From contig JBDHZC010000002.1 of assembly GCA_039811685.1 (NCBI GenBank), positions 512,001-576,000 of the forward strand: a stretch of DNA of 64,000 nucleotides, in the 5' to 3' direction. A model generated the notes under the pieces. It made no database searches. It was not told where the DNA came from and worked only from the letters and a program-made list of their open reading frames with translations. This document shows positions 20,209-29,978 of the stretch, in pieces (the first letter of the stretch is position 1; each line of letters begins with the position of its first letter). This DNA comes from Armatimonadota bacterium. Lineage in GTDB: Bacteria; Armatimonadota; UBA5829; DSUL01. The translations under genes and the position numbers were made by a program.

Positions 20209-21447
20209 ATGAGTAGAAAAAACGAACAACAGTTTAGAAGCGCCATCAGACTTTGGAGCCTCGCGGCAAGTGTTGCCATTGCGGCATTCTGCGCGACCTC
20301 CGGATTCGCGGATGCGTTTTTCCACATGGACGCCCAGCGCACCGGCCGTGCGGAGTTTTCCGGTCCATCAACCGGCGCAGTCCTCTGGCGTTACCAGACC
20401 GGAGGGCTGATAACCTCATCTCCCTCTGTCGGGCCAGATGGCACTATCTATGTGGGGTCCTTTGACCGAAAGCTGCACGCCGTACTTCCCACCGGAACCC
20501 GTCAGTGGGCCTTCACCACAGGTGGCTACGTCGGATCGTCTCCCGCGGTGTCCAGCTCTGGGGAGATATACTTCGGTTCTGACGACGGGTGGATGTACGC
20601 CCTGAGCCAAAGTGGCGCGCTGGACTGGAGCTTCCAGACACCGGTACTGGGGCCGACTCCGAGCGGCCCGATCTCGAGCGCTCCTGTTCTGAGTGGCAAT
20701 GATCTGATCTTCACGGCGGATGCCGGACGAGTGTGGAATCTCAACTCTACCACAGGCGCCGCGCAGTGGAACTTCCTGATGCCTCAGTTCTCCTACTCTT
20801 CACCCACAATCGGCCACAACGGCGACATCTATGTGGGAGACGGAAATGGCAAAGTGTACGCCCTCAGCGCTGCCGGCCAGCAGCTCTGGTCCTATCAGAC
20901 CGGAAACCAGATATTTGCGGCGCCAGCGGTCGGCGACGATGGCACTATCTATGCGACCAGCTCCGACGGCTACCTTTACGCACTTAACCCAAATGGCACA
21001 CTCAAGTGGAAATATGCCGCTCCGCCAGGAATCGGCACCACTCCAGCCATTGGGCACGATGGCGCCATTTATATTGGTGGCGCTGACAGTAAGATTCACG
21101 CCATCAGCCCGACCGGACAGCGGAAATGGATTTTCCACACCAATGGGCCAATCTACAGCTCTCCGCTGGTGGACAAGGACGACAACATCTACTTCGTGAA
21201 CAACGGTGGGGTATTTCAGTCTGTCACACCTCAGGGAGCGCTGAGGTGGAGTGTTGGCATCGGCTCTGTGTCTTACTCATCTCCGACAATGGGACCGGAC
21301 GGCATCATCTACGTGGGAGCGAACGACAACTATCTCTACGCCATCGGCCCCTCTGGCTACGTCATCCCTGAGCCTTCCAGCCTGCTGCAGTTGGCAGGTC
21401 TGGTGAGCGGCCTGGCCGCCTTCGGAAGACGCCGCATCCGGCGCTAA
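20209..21447 (+). CDS. PQQ-like beta-propeller protein with PEP-CTERM sorting signal
   Basis: Signal peptide (..TSGFA); ~8 SSPx(V/I)GxDGxIYVG...LYA...W repeats; C-terminus IPEPSSLLQLAGLVSGLAAFGRRRIRR (PEP + TM + Arg cluster). Confidence 0.92.
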   Translation: MSRKNEQQFRSAIRLWSLAASVAIAAFCATSGFADAFFHMDAQRTGRAEFSGPSTGAVLWRYQTGGLITSSPSVGPDGTIYVGSFDRKLHAVLPTGTRQWAFTTGGYVGSSPAVSSSGEIYFGSDDGWMYALSQSGALDWSFQTPVLGPTPSGPISSAPVLSGNDLIFTADAGRVWNLNSTTGAAQWNFLMPQFSYSSPTIGHNGDIYVGDGNGKVYALSAAGQQLWSYQTGNQIFAAPAVGDDGTIYATSSDGYLYALNPNGTLKWKYAAPPGIGTTPAIGHDGAIYIGGADSKIHAISPTGQRKWIFHTNGPIYSSPLVDKDDNIYFVNNGGVFQSVTPQGALRWSVGIGSVSYSSPTMGPDGIIYVGANDNYLYAIGPSGYVIPEPSSLLQLAGLVSGLAAFGRRRIRR

Positions 21448-21470
21448 GCAGCCTTCACCACATACGCAGC

Positions 21471-21501
21471 CGGGCGGGACATCCCCCTCTCGTCCCGCCC
21501 G
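21471..21501. terminator. GC-rich hairpin between convergent genes
   Basis: CGGGCGGGAC ... GTCCCGCCCG 10-bp stem; no clear U-tract. Confidence 0.4.
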
Positions 21502-21572
21502 CTACTGCGCGCTATGACTGATGAGCGAATCAGCCTTTGTCCCCCGCTTATGCCCGATTATCTCTCACAGGT

Positions 21573-24500
21573 CTACGGATGGGGCACGGCCACGGTGATG
21601 TCTGAAGAGCGGCGCACTCTTACAACACGCCTGTAGCCGCCGCTTCCGTCCGGCTCCATTGTGCTGATTCCTGTAACTGTGACAAAGTCCCCTGCCGCGG
21701 GCTTTGCGAGTGTCCCACACAACACCTTCGCCGTAACTGGATCGCTATTGTAGCTTGACCCGTCATTGATGGTAAACGAATCCGCAGAGACCGACTCTAC
21801 CTGGCCACCCACCTTCACGAGAAGTCCGATGTTGTTCAACCCGTAGCCCGTGTGCACACCTGGCGTATTAGGATTCAGCGCACCGCCGCCCAGTGAGCTC
21901 AACCGCATCACGAGCGGAAGTATGGCCGGGTTGCCGGAGAGATTCACCGTGACCGAGCTTGCGTCAATAAAGCGCTCCCCGTTCAACGTCTGGATTGTGC
22001 CGCGCACCGTCACGCTGTCACCCTCCTGGAGAGTCTGTGCCGTGGCGACGCGGATGCCGGAGCTGCGGTTGGTTTCCTCGATGTAGAGATACTGTGGATA
22101 CTCCTGCGTGGATCCCGCTGTGACAATCTTGCCGTTTAACAGCACCTGATCACCGTCCGGCAGCGCCTTTATGGCAGAAATAGACGCTGTGCCCGAAAGC
22201 AAACCGAGGAAATCCGCCTCGGAGCTCATCCCCCACACCGCATTGACAGTCTGCGACGCAGGCGAGAATGTCCAGGACGGCTTAGCGGCGCTGAGGGAAT
22301 AGAGTCCGGGAGCGAGATCATCAAGTGTGTACGATCCGTCAAGCGCGGTAAGCGCGGACTTCCCGCCCGGGCTGGCCGTGATGGTCACTCCGGGCACCCC
22401 GTGCTGATCAGTCACGGCCTCATAGCGGTCTGTGATGAAGCCCCAGTCCGAGTTCCCAGGGTCTGACGTCAGCACAATCTTCAGAGAATCACCGTTCACC
22501 CACTCAGACCAGACGTCACTGTAGTGCCCGGTGAAAGTATCAATGATCTGATCGCTGGAGTCCGTAACATCAATGAAGTCAAATCCGGGCTCCACCTCCA
22601 GGCGCGTGAAGTGCACCCGGATCTTGGAAGCCCCTTGCGGCCCCTGCACAGTGTAGGTCTCCGAGACGTTGTCACCATAAGGATGCTGAGACTGCAGTAC
22701 AACCGCTTCCTGCACAGTCGTCCCGACAGTCACAGACCCCGTGATCGTCGCTGGCGGACGCGCTGTGAAGTTAACTCCCGAGAGCGTGCTGCCCGGGGAA
22801 GGCTCAGCGCTCCGGGCGTTTGGCTGGAACTGCCAGTTTGGATACGAAGGCGTCACGGTGTAGGACACAGGCTCCAGCCCCGACAGAGTATAAGCGCCTC
22901 CCACGCCGGTAGTTGTGGTATGGTTGCCTGGCTGAGCTGTAACAGTGACGCCGGCAGGAGCGGGCTCTGTCAACAAGTCCGTTTCGTAGCCATCCATCCT
23001 GAAGCCGTAGTCCACACCTGTTGCGTCCGTCACCAGATGCAGTACCAGCGCATTGCCGGGCACCCACTGGCTCCAGTAGTCCGTCTTGTTGCCGGTGATG
23101 TCCTGATAAGGAGTCCCGTCAGCATCCTCAATGTAGAGATGATCCAGACCATTCTGCAGCGCCACTTCGTCAAAGTGAGCGCGGATATGCGTAGCGCCCA
23201 CAGGTCCTGTCACCGTGTACTTCACATCGGAGTTGTTCTGGTAGTTGTGCGGTGATTCGACTTCGTAAGCCGTCACACCGCCCAGAGCTTTTTGAATGAC
23301 ACCGCTGATAGACGCAGGGGCCGCAGAGCCGGTGAAATCAACCCCCGGCGCCGCCTGATCTGCCACAACTACTGCCGTACTTGGCGGAGCGAACGTCCAG
23401 CCGGTCTTGGCGGCAGAGACGGTGTAGCTGTCCGCCGGCAGGCGCAGAGTGTAGCGTCCGTTAGCGCCCGTTGTCGTGTCTTTGGTCGCGCTGGACCCTG
23501 TCGCTGTGACCGTGGCTCCCGCGATGGGATTTCCGGACGTGGACAGCAGCGTTCCCGTAATATAGGAACCTGGAAGGTGACCGGAGGCCACAAGCGCAAA
23601 AGGCTGCGGGCCGCCTGGAACGCTAAAGCCTGTGACCGTGACCGTATAAACGCCCGTCAAAGGCACGCTGACGTCCACGCTTTCAACATTGTTGACGCTG
23701 TCTGTGGCGCCGTTGCCGCGGTAAACTGTGCCGTTGGGAGCCGTGACAGAGAGATTCAGATCATTCACCAGCTCTTTGGCTGCCAGAGGAGAGCCTGGAG
23801 GATCAGTCCACACCAGCGTCACCGCAAACGGAGCGTCGCTTCCAAGCACCGTGTACTGATACGTGCGCGTCTGCCCCGTTGAAATACCGGAGGTTTCGTC
23901 CACATATTCGATCTGCCTGGGCGCTGGCGGGTCTATGGCGGCATTCACATCCACGCGCCCCCAGCCTTCAACGCTGTTCGGGCGCACGGGAATCTCAGGA
24001 GGCACGGCTCCGATATACTGCCCCGGCGCCATGTCTTTTGCGCTGTTGAGCAGCGCCGCCTTCACGAGCGCGGCGCTTGGAGCTATGCCAAACGATGAGT
24101 TCAAATACTGTCTGAGGAGGACGGCCGAGCCTGCCACCGCCGGAGCAGAAAAGCTGGTGCCACCCCAGTAGCTGTAGTGAGAATCATACGGCATCCATCC
24201 CGGGTTGCCGACAAGCTGGCTGCTCAAAGCCACAATATTTGTGCCGGGCGCGCAGATATCGGGCTTGATGCGACCATCGGCGCATGGGCCGCGGCTGCTC
24301 CACGCCGCCATGCCGCTCGGATTGTCAGAAATTGGATCGCTGTTTATCGGCGCCTGTGGGAAATCTGACCCCCAGTACGTCCCGTAGGACTGGGAGCGGC
24401 CGGTGGCGCGCAGGCTCTCAGTGGCGCCCACGGAAATACAGTTTTTCGCAGTGGCGGGGGAATAAAGCGCGCCGGAGTCAGTCCGTCCGTCAGCGTTTGC

Positions 24501-25622
24501 GTCCACGCCGTCGTTTCCTACGGGAAAGACCAGAACCGCGTCTTTATGATTCCAGACGAAATCGTCCACCTGCTGCGAAAGTGTTGTGTACTTCCCCTCC
24601 ACAGGGGATCCCCAACTGTGGTTCTGAACGCGGGCGCCGTCCAGATAGGGCGGCTGGAAGAGCTGCGAGAGAGTCACGGGCGGATAGACAAAGGAGCTTC
24701 CGTCACCTATGGACTGCATGATAATGGAAGCCTCAGGCGCAACCCCGCAAAAGGAATCTGTATACGTGTGGGAGCCAGCGTTGGAGCCAGACAGCGCTCC
24801 CGAGCCTGCCGCCACAGACACGCAGAAAGTGCCGTGCCCGCTCAGGTCGCTCCAGTCGTCTGGGCGGCGCAGAGCGTACGTCTTGATAACGCGGCCGGCC
24901 AGGTCCGGGCTCAGTGTAGCCAGGTTGCCAGTGTCCAGACCGGAATCCGCAAAAGAGATGATCTCACCCGCGCCAAAAAGCCCGGTTCTGTTGCGAACGG
25001 GTGTGACACCGATGATGGACTGCACAACGTTGTTGGCAGCGCGCGGAGGCGCCCACTCTTCAATCCAGCGCACTTCCTCGAGACCCGCAATCCGGTCCAG
25101 AGCTCTGGCCGGGATTGTGGCCAGCAGAATGCCGCCCGCCACATCGCTGTCGCGCAACAACTCGCCACCGCTTGCGCTGATGACCTGGATGACGGTTGTG
25201 GCTGCTTCGTCACCAAAGACCCGGATGAGGACTGTCAGGCTCTTCTGCTGAGTCTTTTTTTTCAGGTGAGGATCAATACGATAGCGAGCATGCAGCCTTC
25301 CCATCCAGGCGATACAGGCAAGCCCGCGCACCTTGGCAATCTGAGAGCGTTTGAGACGCGCTATGTAGGCGTTCTCCGGCAGGTAGTCCCGCAGCTTGAC
25401 ACCCATCTTCTGAAGTGAAGCCTTCCACTCTGGTCGGGGTGTCCCGCTGAACTGGAGGATGTAGTATCCACCGCGAGAGGGCGTCAGGCTCTGAAGCTGC
25501 ACTGTGCTCTTTACTTCCCTGTCCACCGGTCCAGCTTTCAGCAGCAGAGGCGCGGGGGCGCTCCAGACGCTGGTTGCAGCCATCAAACAAAGGAAGACAG
25601 AGATCAGAAAGGGTCTGTTCAT
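21573..25622 (-). CDS. Secreted S8 subtilase (Kp43-like) with pre-peptidase C-terminal, carboxypeptidase-regulatory-like and two CUB-like domains plus shared C-terminal OB-like module
   Basis: Catalytic triad motifs FADSGLD, SGHGT and GGTSFSAP; SSRGPCADGRIKPD, EGWGRVD and LVNDLNL. CUB-like repeats ESPHNY/QSQHPY...IR(A/V)HF...GF. Signal peptide from MNRPFLIS. Confidence 0.92.
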   Translation of the reverse strand: MNRPFLISVFLCLMAATSVWSAPAPLLLKAGPVDREVKSTVQLQSLTPSRGGYYILQFSGTPRPEWKASLQKMGVKLRDYLPENAYIARLKRSQIAKVRGLACIAWMGRLHARYRIDPHLKKKTQQKSLTVLIRVFGDEAATTVIQVISASGGELLRDSDVAGGILLATIPARALDRIAGLEEVRWIEEWAPPRAANNVVQSIIGVTPVRNRTGLFGAGEIISFADSGLDTGNLATLSPDLAGRVIKTYALRRPDDWSDLSGHGTFCVSVAAGSGALSGSNAGSHTYTDSFCGVAPEASIIMQSIGDGSSFVYPPVTLSQLFQPPYLDGARVQNHSWGSPVEGKYTTLSQQVDDFVWNHKDAVLVFPVGNDGVDANADGRTDSGALYSPATAKNCISVGATESLRATGRSQSYGTYWGSDFPQAPINSDPISDNPSGMAAWSSRGPCADGRIKPDICAPGTNIVALSSQLVGNPGWMPYDSHYSYWGGTSFSAPAVAGSAVLLRQYLNSSFGIAPSAALVKAALLNSAKDMAPGQYIGAVPPEIPVRPNSVEGWGRVDVNAAIDPPAPRQIEYVDETSGISTGQTRTYQYTVLGSDAPFAVTLVWTDPPGSPLAAKELVNDLNLSVTAPNGTVYRGNGATDSVNNVESVDVSVPLTGVYTVTVTGFSVPGGPQPFALVASGHLPGSYITGTLLSTSGNPIAGATVTATGSSATKDTTTGANGRYTLRLPADSYTVSAAKTGWTFAPPSTAVVVADQAAPGVDFTGSAAPASISGVIQKALGGVTAYEVESPHNYQNNSDVKYTVTGPVGATHIRAHFDEVALQNGLDHLYIEDADGTPYQDITGNKTDYWSQWVPGNALVLHLVTDATGVDYGFRMDGYETDLLTEPAPAGVTVTAQPGNHTTTTGVGGAYTLSGLEPVSYTVTPSYPNWQFQPNARSAEPSPGSTLSGVNFTARPPATITGSVTVGTTVQEAVVLQSQHPYGDNVSETYTVQGPQGASKIRVHFTRLEVEPGFDFIDVTDSSDQIIDTFTGHYSDVWSEWVNGDSLKIVLTSDPGNSDWGFITDRYEAVTDQHGVPGVTITASPGGKSALTALDGSYTLDDLAPGLYSLSAAKPSWTFSPASQTVNAVWGMSSEADFLGLLSGTASISAIKALPDGDQVLLNGKIVTAGSTQEYPQYLYIEETNRSSGIRVATAQTLQEGDSVTVRGTIQTLNGERFIDASSVTVNLSGNPAILPLVMRLSSLGGGALNPNTPGVHTGYGLNNIGLLVKVGGQVESVSADSFTINDGSSYNSDPVTAKVLCGTLAKPAAGDFVTVTGISTMEPDGSGGYRRVVRVRRSSDITVAVPHP

Positions 25623-26032
25623 AAGGAGTCCGCCAGGTACACTTGAGGTAGTGGAGGTTACTGGAACAACGAATCTGGCCGTTACCGGCACACGCGAAAA
25701 CAGCCGGGCCCGACACGCAAAACCCCACACATGGAAGTATACCGTACTGCCTGCGCCGAGTATCCAAACAGGTTTTCTTCACAGGGAGAAGACAAAGGGC
25801 TGGAGCCTGGCTGGCCGCCATTACTGTGACTGTAATCTCCATCCGCACGCGAATCGCCGAATACGGCAGCGAACCTCGATCAATATCCGCTCCGCACAGG
25901 CAAAGGTACTGGTTTTGTCCGCGAAGCGCCCCGCTGAGGGCACGAAAGACGTATAATAGATAAGAACCACTTCTTCCCTGACCCTGCGTCCGCCGCACAG
26001 TCACAAACGAGACCAACCACAGGAGCCTTCCT

Positions 26033-28123
26033 TTGCGACTTATCCACCTGCGACTCGCCACTTTCGCCCTTCTCGCCGCCCTGTCTGCGCCAGGCTCGGC
26101 CGCTATCTACGTCTCTCAGTCCGCGCCCGGTCCGCTGCACAACGGCGCGTCATGGCTAAGCGCCTACAAGTCACTGTCGCAGGCGCTCAGTGTGGCGACA
26201 GCTGGGTCTCAAGTGTGGGTAGCGCGGGGGACATACGTCGGGACGTTTACGGTGCCGGCGAACGTCGCTGTGTTCGGAGGCTTCGCGGGCACGGAGAGCG
26301 CTCTGGCCGGCAGAAATCCCAACAGCAACCGCACAATTCTTGACGGTGCGCTGGCCGGCTCTGTCGTGACGATAAACGCAGGATCTCAGGTGGACAGCTT
26401 CACGATCCGAAACGGCCGCAGCTCATCCGGAGCCGGTATCGTCGGGACTAACGCGATCGGCGCGATTATCTCCAATAACACCATCGAGAATAACACCAGC
26501 ACATCCGATGGAGGCGGAATCTATCTGTACTCCAACGGCTGGTCCAACAGGGTCATCATCAGGGGCAATCTCGTACGAGGCAATTCTTCCGGTGGCAGTG
26601 GAGGGGGCATGGGACTCTACGGTCCTGGCCATACGGAAGCGGACTCTCCACAGCTCTTTGACAACGTCGTGCGTGACAACAAAGCCGCTACGGATGGTGG
26701 CGGTATCTGGGCCTACTTCTCAACACCGCGCGTTGAGCGCAACATGATCTGGAAAAACCGCACAGGCAGAAACGGCGGCGGTCTGTTCATCTATCACAGC
26801 TACGCAACAATCATCTGGAATCACTTCTGGATGAACCGCGCCGACTCCCCCACAAAGGGCGGTGGCGCGCTGTTTATCGACTTCCACTCGACGCCAACCG
26901 TTGCCGACAATATCTTTGACCGCAACACTGCCTTTCAGGGCGGCGGCACGTGGAACGAGTACCAGAGCCAGGCTAAAACCTGGCGCAACATCTTTACAGG
27001 CAATACAGCCACTTCCGGCGCGGGCATCTACATTGCTCAGGGCGCCTCACCGGAAGTTACCAACAGTCTTTTCCTTCGCAACAAAGCCGCCTACGGCGGC
27101 GCGGTAAGCGCGGACTATCCGTCCTCCTCACCCGGTTTCAAGTTTACGCACAACACTGTCGTTTCCAACTCTGCGACGGTCTCTGGCTCAGCGCTGTCTC
27201 TTACGCGCTACGCCAGCGCGGGTGTGGCTAACAACATCTTTGCGCACAACTCCGCCCCGGATGGCACGATAGCGCGAGACTCCACCTCCTGGCCAAACCT
27301 GGTGGGCAACGACTTCTGGCAAAATACAGGCAGCAATCTCGCCGGTGGGACTGATCCAGTTGGCACGCTTGGCAACATCTCTGCCGACCCGTCCTTCGTC
27401 AACCCCTCAATTGACTGCTACCAGCTTCAGCCTGGCTCCGCCTGCATAGACACGGCCAGCGCCAGTGCCGCAACCACCTATGACCTCAACAACCGCCCGC
27501 GCCCGTTCGACGGAGATTCCAACGGATCCAGCCTTCCGGACATCGGCGCCTATGAATACGGAACCGGTCCGCTGGTGCTCTTTGCTGTGCAGCAAGCCTA
27601 TCAGCTTCCGCCTGGCGTCAGTGTGGCTATCTCTCCGCGTGTCGTGAACGGCTCGTGGGAACAGGGCTTCTTCGTGCAGGACTTTGACAGGACGCGCGGA
27701 CTGAAGATCGAAACCTCCGCAACGCCTCCGCCTGCAGGACGTGTGGTGAGCGCACAGGGAACGCTCTCGGACGCCGCAGGGTACCGCACACTCTCCGCGG
27801 CTTCGTGGGCCGGTACGGACACAGCCTTCGCTCTCGCCCAGCCCCTGGCCATGGCGCTACCGCGTGCAGCGGAGACGATCGGGCTGTCCAACATCGGGCT
27901 GAGCGTGAGCATAACCGGCAAAGTGGAAAACCTGGAAACAGACGGATTCTGGATGAGTATTAACGGACAGTCACTCACGCGCATCTACTGCGATCCTGCG
28001 TGGATTCCCGTCTCCGGCAAGACCTGCACGGTGATTGGAGTCGTTGACTACGACCCCGTCTCTGCGCCTGGCGGACGCATTGTCCGAGCGCGTACAGCCT
28101 GGGACATCATCCAGCAGGACTGA
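26033..28123 (+). CDS. Secreted right-handed parallel beta-helix protein with choice-of-anchor-Q-like region and shared C-terminal OB-like module
   Basis: Signal peptide (..PGSA); IYVS...GASW..AY...QVWVARGTY cap; many N..GGG(I/L) beta-helix coils; ADPSFVN...YQLQPGSACID...DIGAYEY; ends IVRARTAWDIIQQD. Confidence 0.85.
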   Translation: MRLIHLRLATFALLAALSAPGSAAIYVSQSAPGPLHNGASWLSAYKSLSQALSVATAGSQVWVARGTYVGTFTVPANVAVFGGFAGTESALAGRNPNSNRTILDGALAGSVVTINAGSQVDSFTIRNGRSSSGAGIVGTNAIGAIISNNTIENNTSTSDGGGIYLYSNGWSNRVIIRGNLVRGNSSGGSGGGMGLYGPGHTEADSPQLFDNVVRDNKAATDGGGIWAYFSTPRVERNMIWKNRTGRNGGGLFIYHSYATIIWNHFWMNRADSPTKGGGALFIDFHSTPTVADNIFDRNTAFQGGGTWNEYQSQAKTWRNIFTGNTATSGAGIYIAQGASPEVTNSLFLRNKAAYGGAVSADYPSSSPGFKFTHNTVVSNSATVSGSALSLTRYASAGVANNIFAHNSAPDGTIARDSTSWPNLVGNDFWQNTGSNLAGGTDPVGTLGNISADPSFVNPSIDCYQLQPGSACIDTASASAATTYDLNNRPRPFDGDSNGSSLPDIGAYEYGTGPLVLFAVQQAYQLPPGVSVAISPRVVNGSWEQGFFVQDFDRTRGLKIETSATPPPAGRVVSAQGTLSDAAGYRTLSAASWAGTDTAFALAQPLAMALPRAAETIGLSNIGLSVSITGKVENLETDGFWMSINGQSLTRIYCDPAWIPVSGKTCTVIGVVDYDPVSAPGGRIVRARTAWDIIQQD

Positions 28124-28226
28124 GCTCAGCGCTCAGACGCCAGGCCGTTGCACGCGAACAGCCGAAGCGATTGGTCTGGCGGCTGTCTGGCAGGACTCTG
28201 GGGGAGGTCTGGCTAAGACAGCAAGC

Positions 28227-29948
28227 ATGAAACCTTTCTTGACACCGATTTTCGCCTGCGCCATTGGCGCGGCTGCTCTGGCCACAGGCTGTCTGCCTGC
28301 GTTTGCGGTTACGCCCTCTGAGGTCGCGTCATCCCTGACAGTAAACGTGCGCGACTTCGGCGCGAAGGGTGACGGCCGGACTGACGATACAGGCGCCTTT
28401 GAGGCGGCGATGAAAACGCTTGCCGGGAAAGGCGGTATCGTCTCGGTTCCCGCTGGCAACTACATGATAAAGACTCACCTCACTGTGCCTGCGATGGTGA
28501 CTCTGGAAGGCGTATGGCGCTCTCCGACCTCCTGGACGCAGAACAAGGGCGCCACACTTCTGGCTGTGGAAGGCGCCGGCTCCGAGGAGGGTCCCGCCTT
28601 CATCACCCTGAACGCCAACTCAACCATCAAAGGATTGACGGTCTTTTATCCAAATCAGGACCCGTCAAAAATCGCCGCCTACCCCTGGTGCGTGCGCAAC
28701 GCTCCCGGCGACAACTGCGCGATTATTGACTGCCTGCTCGTGAATCCCTACCAGGCCGTGGACTTCGGCACAAACCCGAGCGGGCGGCACTACATTCGCA
28801 ATCTGTACGGCCAACCTCTGCGGCGAGGCATTTTTGTGGACAAATGTCTTGACATCGGGCGCATTGAGAACGTCCACTTCTGGCCCTTCTGGACATGGGA
28901 GGAAAAAACTGGCATCCGTGATTGGCTATGGAAGAACGGAGAAGCTTTTATCTTCGGGCGCACAGACTGGGAGTACGTGTTCAACACCTTCTGCTTTGGC
29001 TACCGGGTGGGTTACAGGTTCATCAAGACCAAAGACGGCGCAATGAACGGCAACCTTCTGGGTATCGCGGCTGACGCTGCCAACATTGCGGTGCTCGTGG
29101 AAGAGACCCAGCTTTTCGGGCTTCTTATCACCAACGGCGAGTTTGTAGCCATGGGCGGGCCCAAACCTACGGAAGTAGTCGTCAAAGATACACACACGGG
29201 CACAGTACAGTTCTCAAACTGTTCCTTCTGGGGGCCGGGCTACCAGATCGCTTCTATTGCCGGCAGAGGCAACCTCACCTTCAACGCATGCAACTTTGTG
29301 GAGTGGGATACCGCCAATCAGAGCGTCCCCGCTATTGACGTCTCAGGCGGCAAGGTGACAGTGAGCGCATCGTACTTCATGAAAGACGCGCCGCAGATGA
29401 ACCTGCGCGCAGACGCCCAGAGCGCAATCTTTATGGGCAATCACGTCGCAGGCAATGTGAAAGTTACAAACCCTGCAAGTGCGAGCCTGCAGGTGGGACT
29501 CAACGCTGAACCAAAGCGTCCAGTCGAGCAGAAAGGCGCAATTGTCGTGGACGATTCTGATGGACTGCCAGAAGTCTCGTTCACCAAGGGCTGGATTCAA
29601 ACCAGGCACCCCGGAACCTATCATCTGGGCACGCACTGGGCATGGAAGGGCAGCGGCACAGAACGCGCCACCTTCCGCCCACTCATCCCCCGCACGGGCA
29701 GCTACGACGTTTACGTCTACGTCAGCGCCGACGCCAATGAAGACCACGCCACCAACGCGCCGGTTACCGTGCGCTCCCGAGCTGGCCTCAAGACTGTACA
29801 CGTTGATCTCAGCAAAGCCAAAGGCGCATGGAAGAAGATTGGAACCTTCACCTTCGCCGGTGGGCAACGCGCGGAGATAACCTTCACTAACAACGCCAAC
29901 GGCAATGTGGTGGCGGACGCTGTGAAGCTGACGCCCCACTCAAAGTGA
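28227..29948 (+). CDS. Secreted GH55/pectate-lyase-3-like beta-helix protein with C-terminal golvesin-like (Xly CBD-like) domain
   Basis: VNVRDFGAKGDGRTDDTGAF...VPAGNY; C-terminal GSYDVYV...ATNAPVTV...WKKIGTFTF...NGNVVADAVKL. Signal peptide, possibly with lipobox LATGC. Confidence 0.8.
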   Translation: MKPFLTPIFACAIGAAALATGCLPAFAVTPSEVASSLTVNVRDFGAKGDGRTDDTGAFEAAMKTLAGKGGIVSVPAGNYMIKTHLTVPAMVTLEGVWRSPTSWTQNKGATLLAVEGAGSEEGPAFITLNANSTIKGLTVFYPNQDPSKIAAYPWCVRNAPGDNCAIIDCLLVNPYQAVDFGTNPSGRHYIRNLYGQPLRRGIFVDKCLDIGRIENVHFWPFWTWEEKTGIRDWLWKNGEAFIFGRTDWEYVFNTFCFGYRVGYRFIKTKDGAMNGNLLGIAADAANIAVLVEETQLFGLLITNGEFVAMGGPKPTEVVVKDTHTGTVQFSNCSFWGPGYQIASIAGRGNLTFNACNFVEWDTANQSVPAIDVSGGKVTVSASYFMKDAPQMNLRADAQSAIFMGNHVAGNVKVTNPASASLQVGLNAEPKRPVEQKGAIVVDDSDGLPEVSFTKGWIQTRHPGTYHLGTHWAWKGSGTERATFRPLIPRTGSYDVYVYVSADANEDHATNAPVTVRSRAGLKTVHVDLSKAKGAWKKIGTFTFAGGQRAEITFTNNANGNVVADAVKLTPHSK

Positions 29949-29978
29949 GGCGGGAGGCCCACATCGAAGCGACTTATC

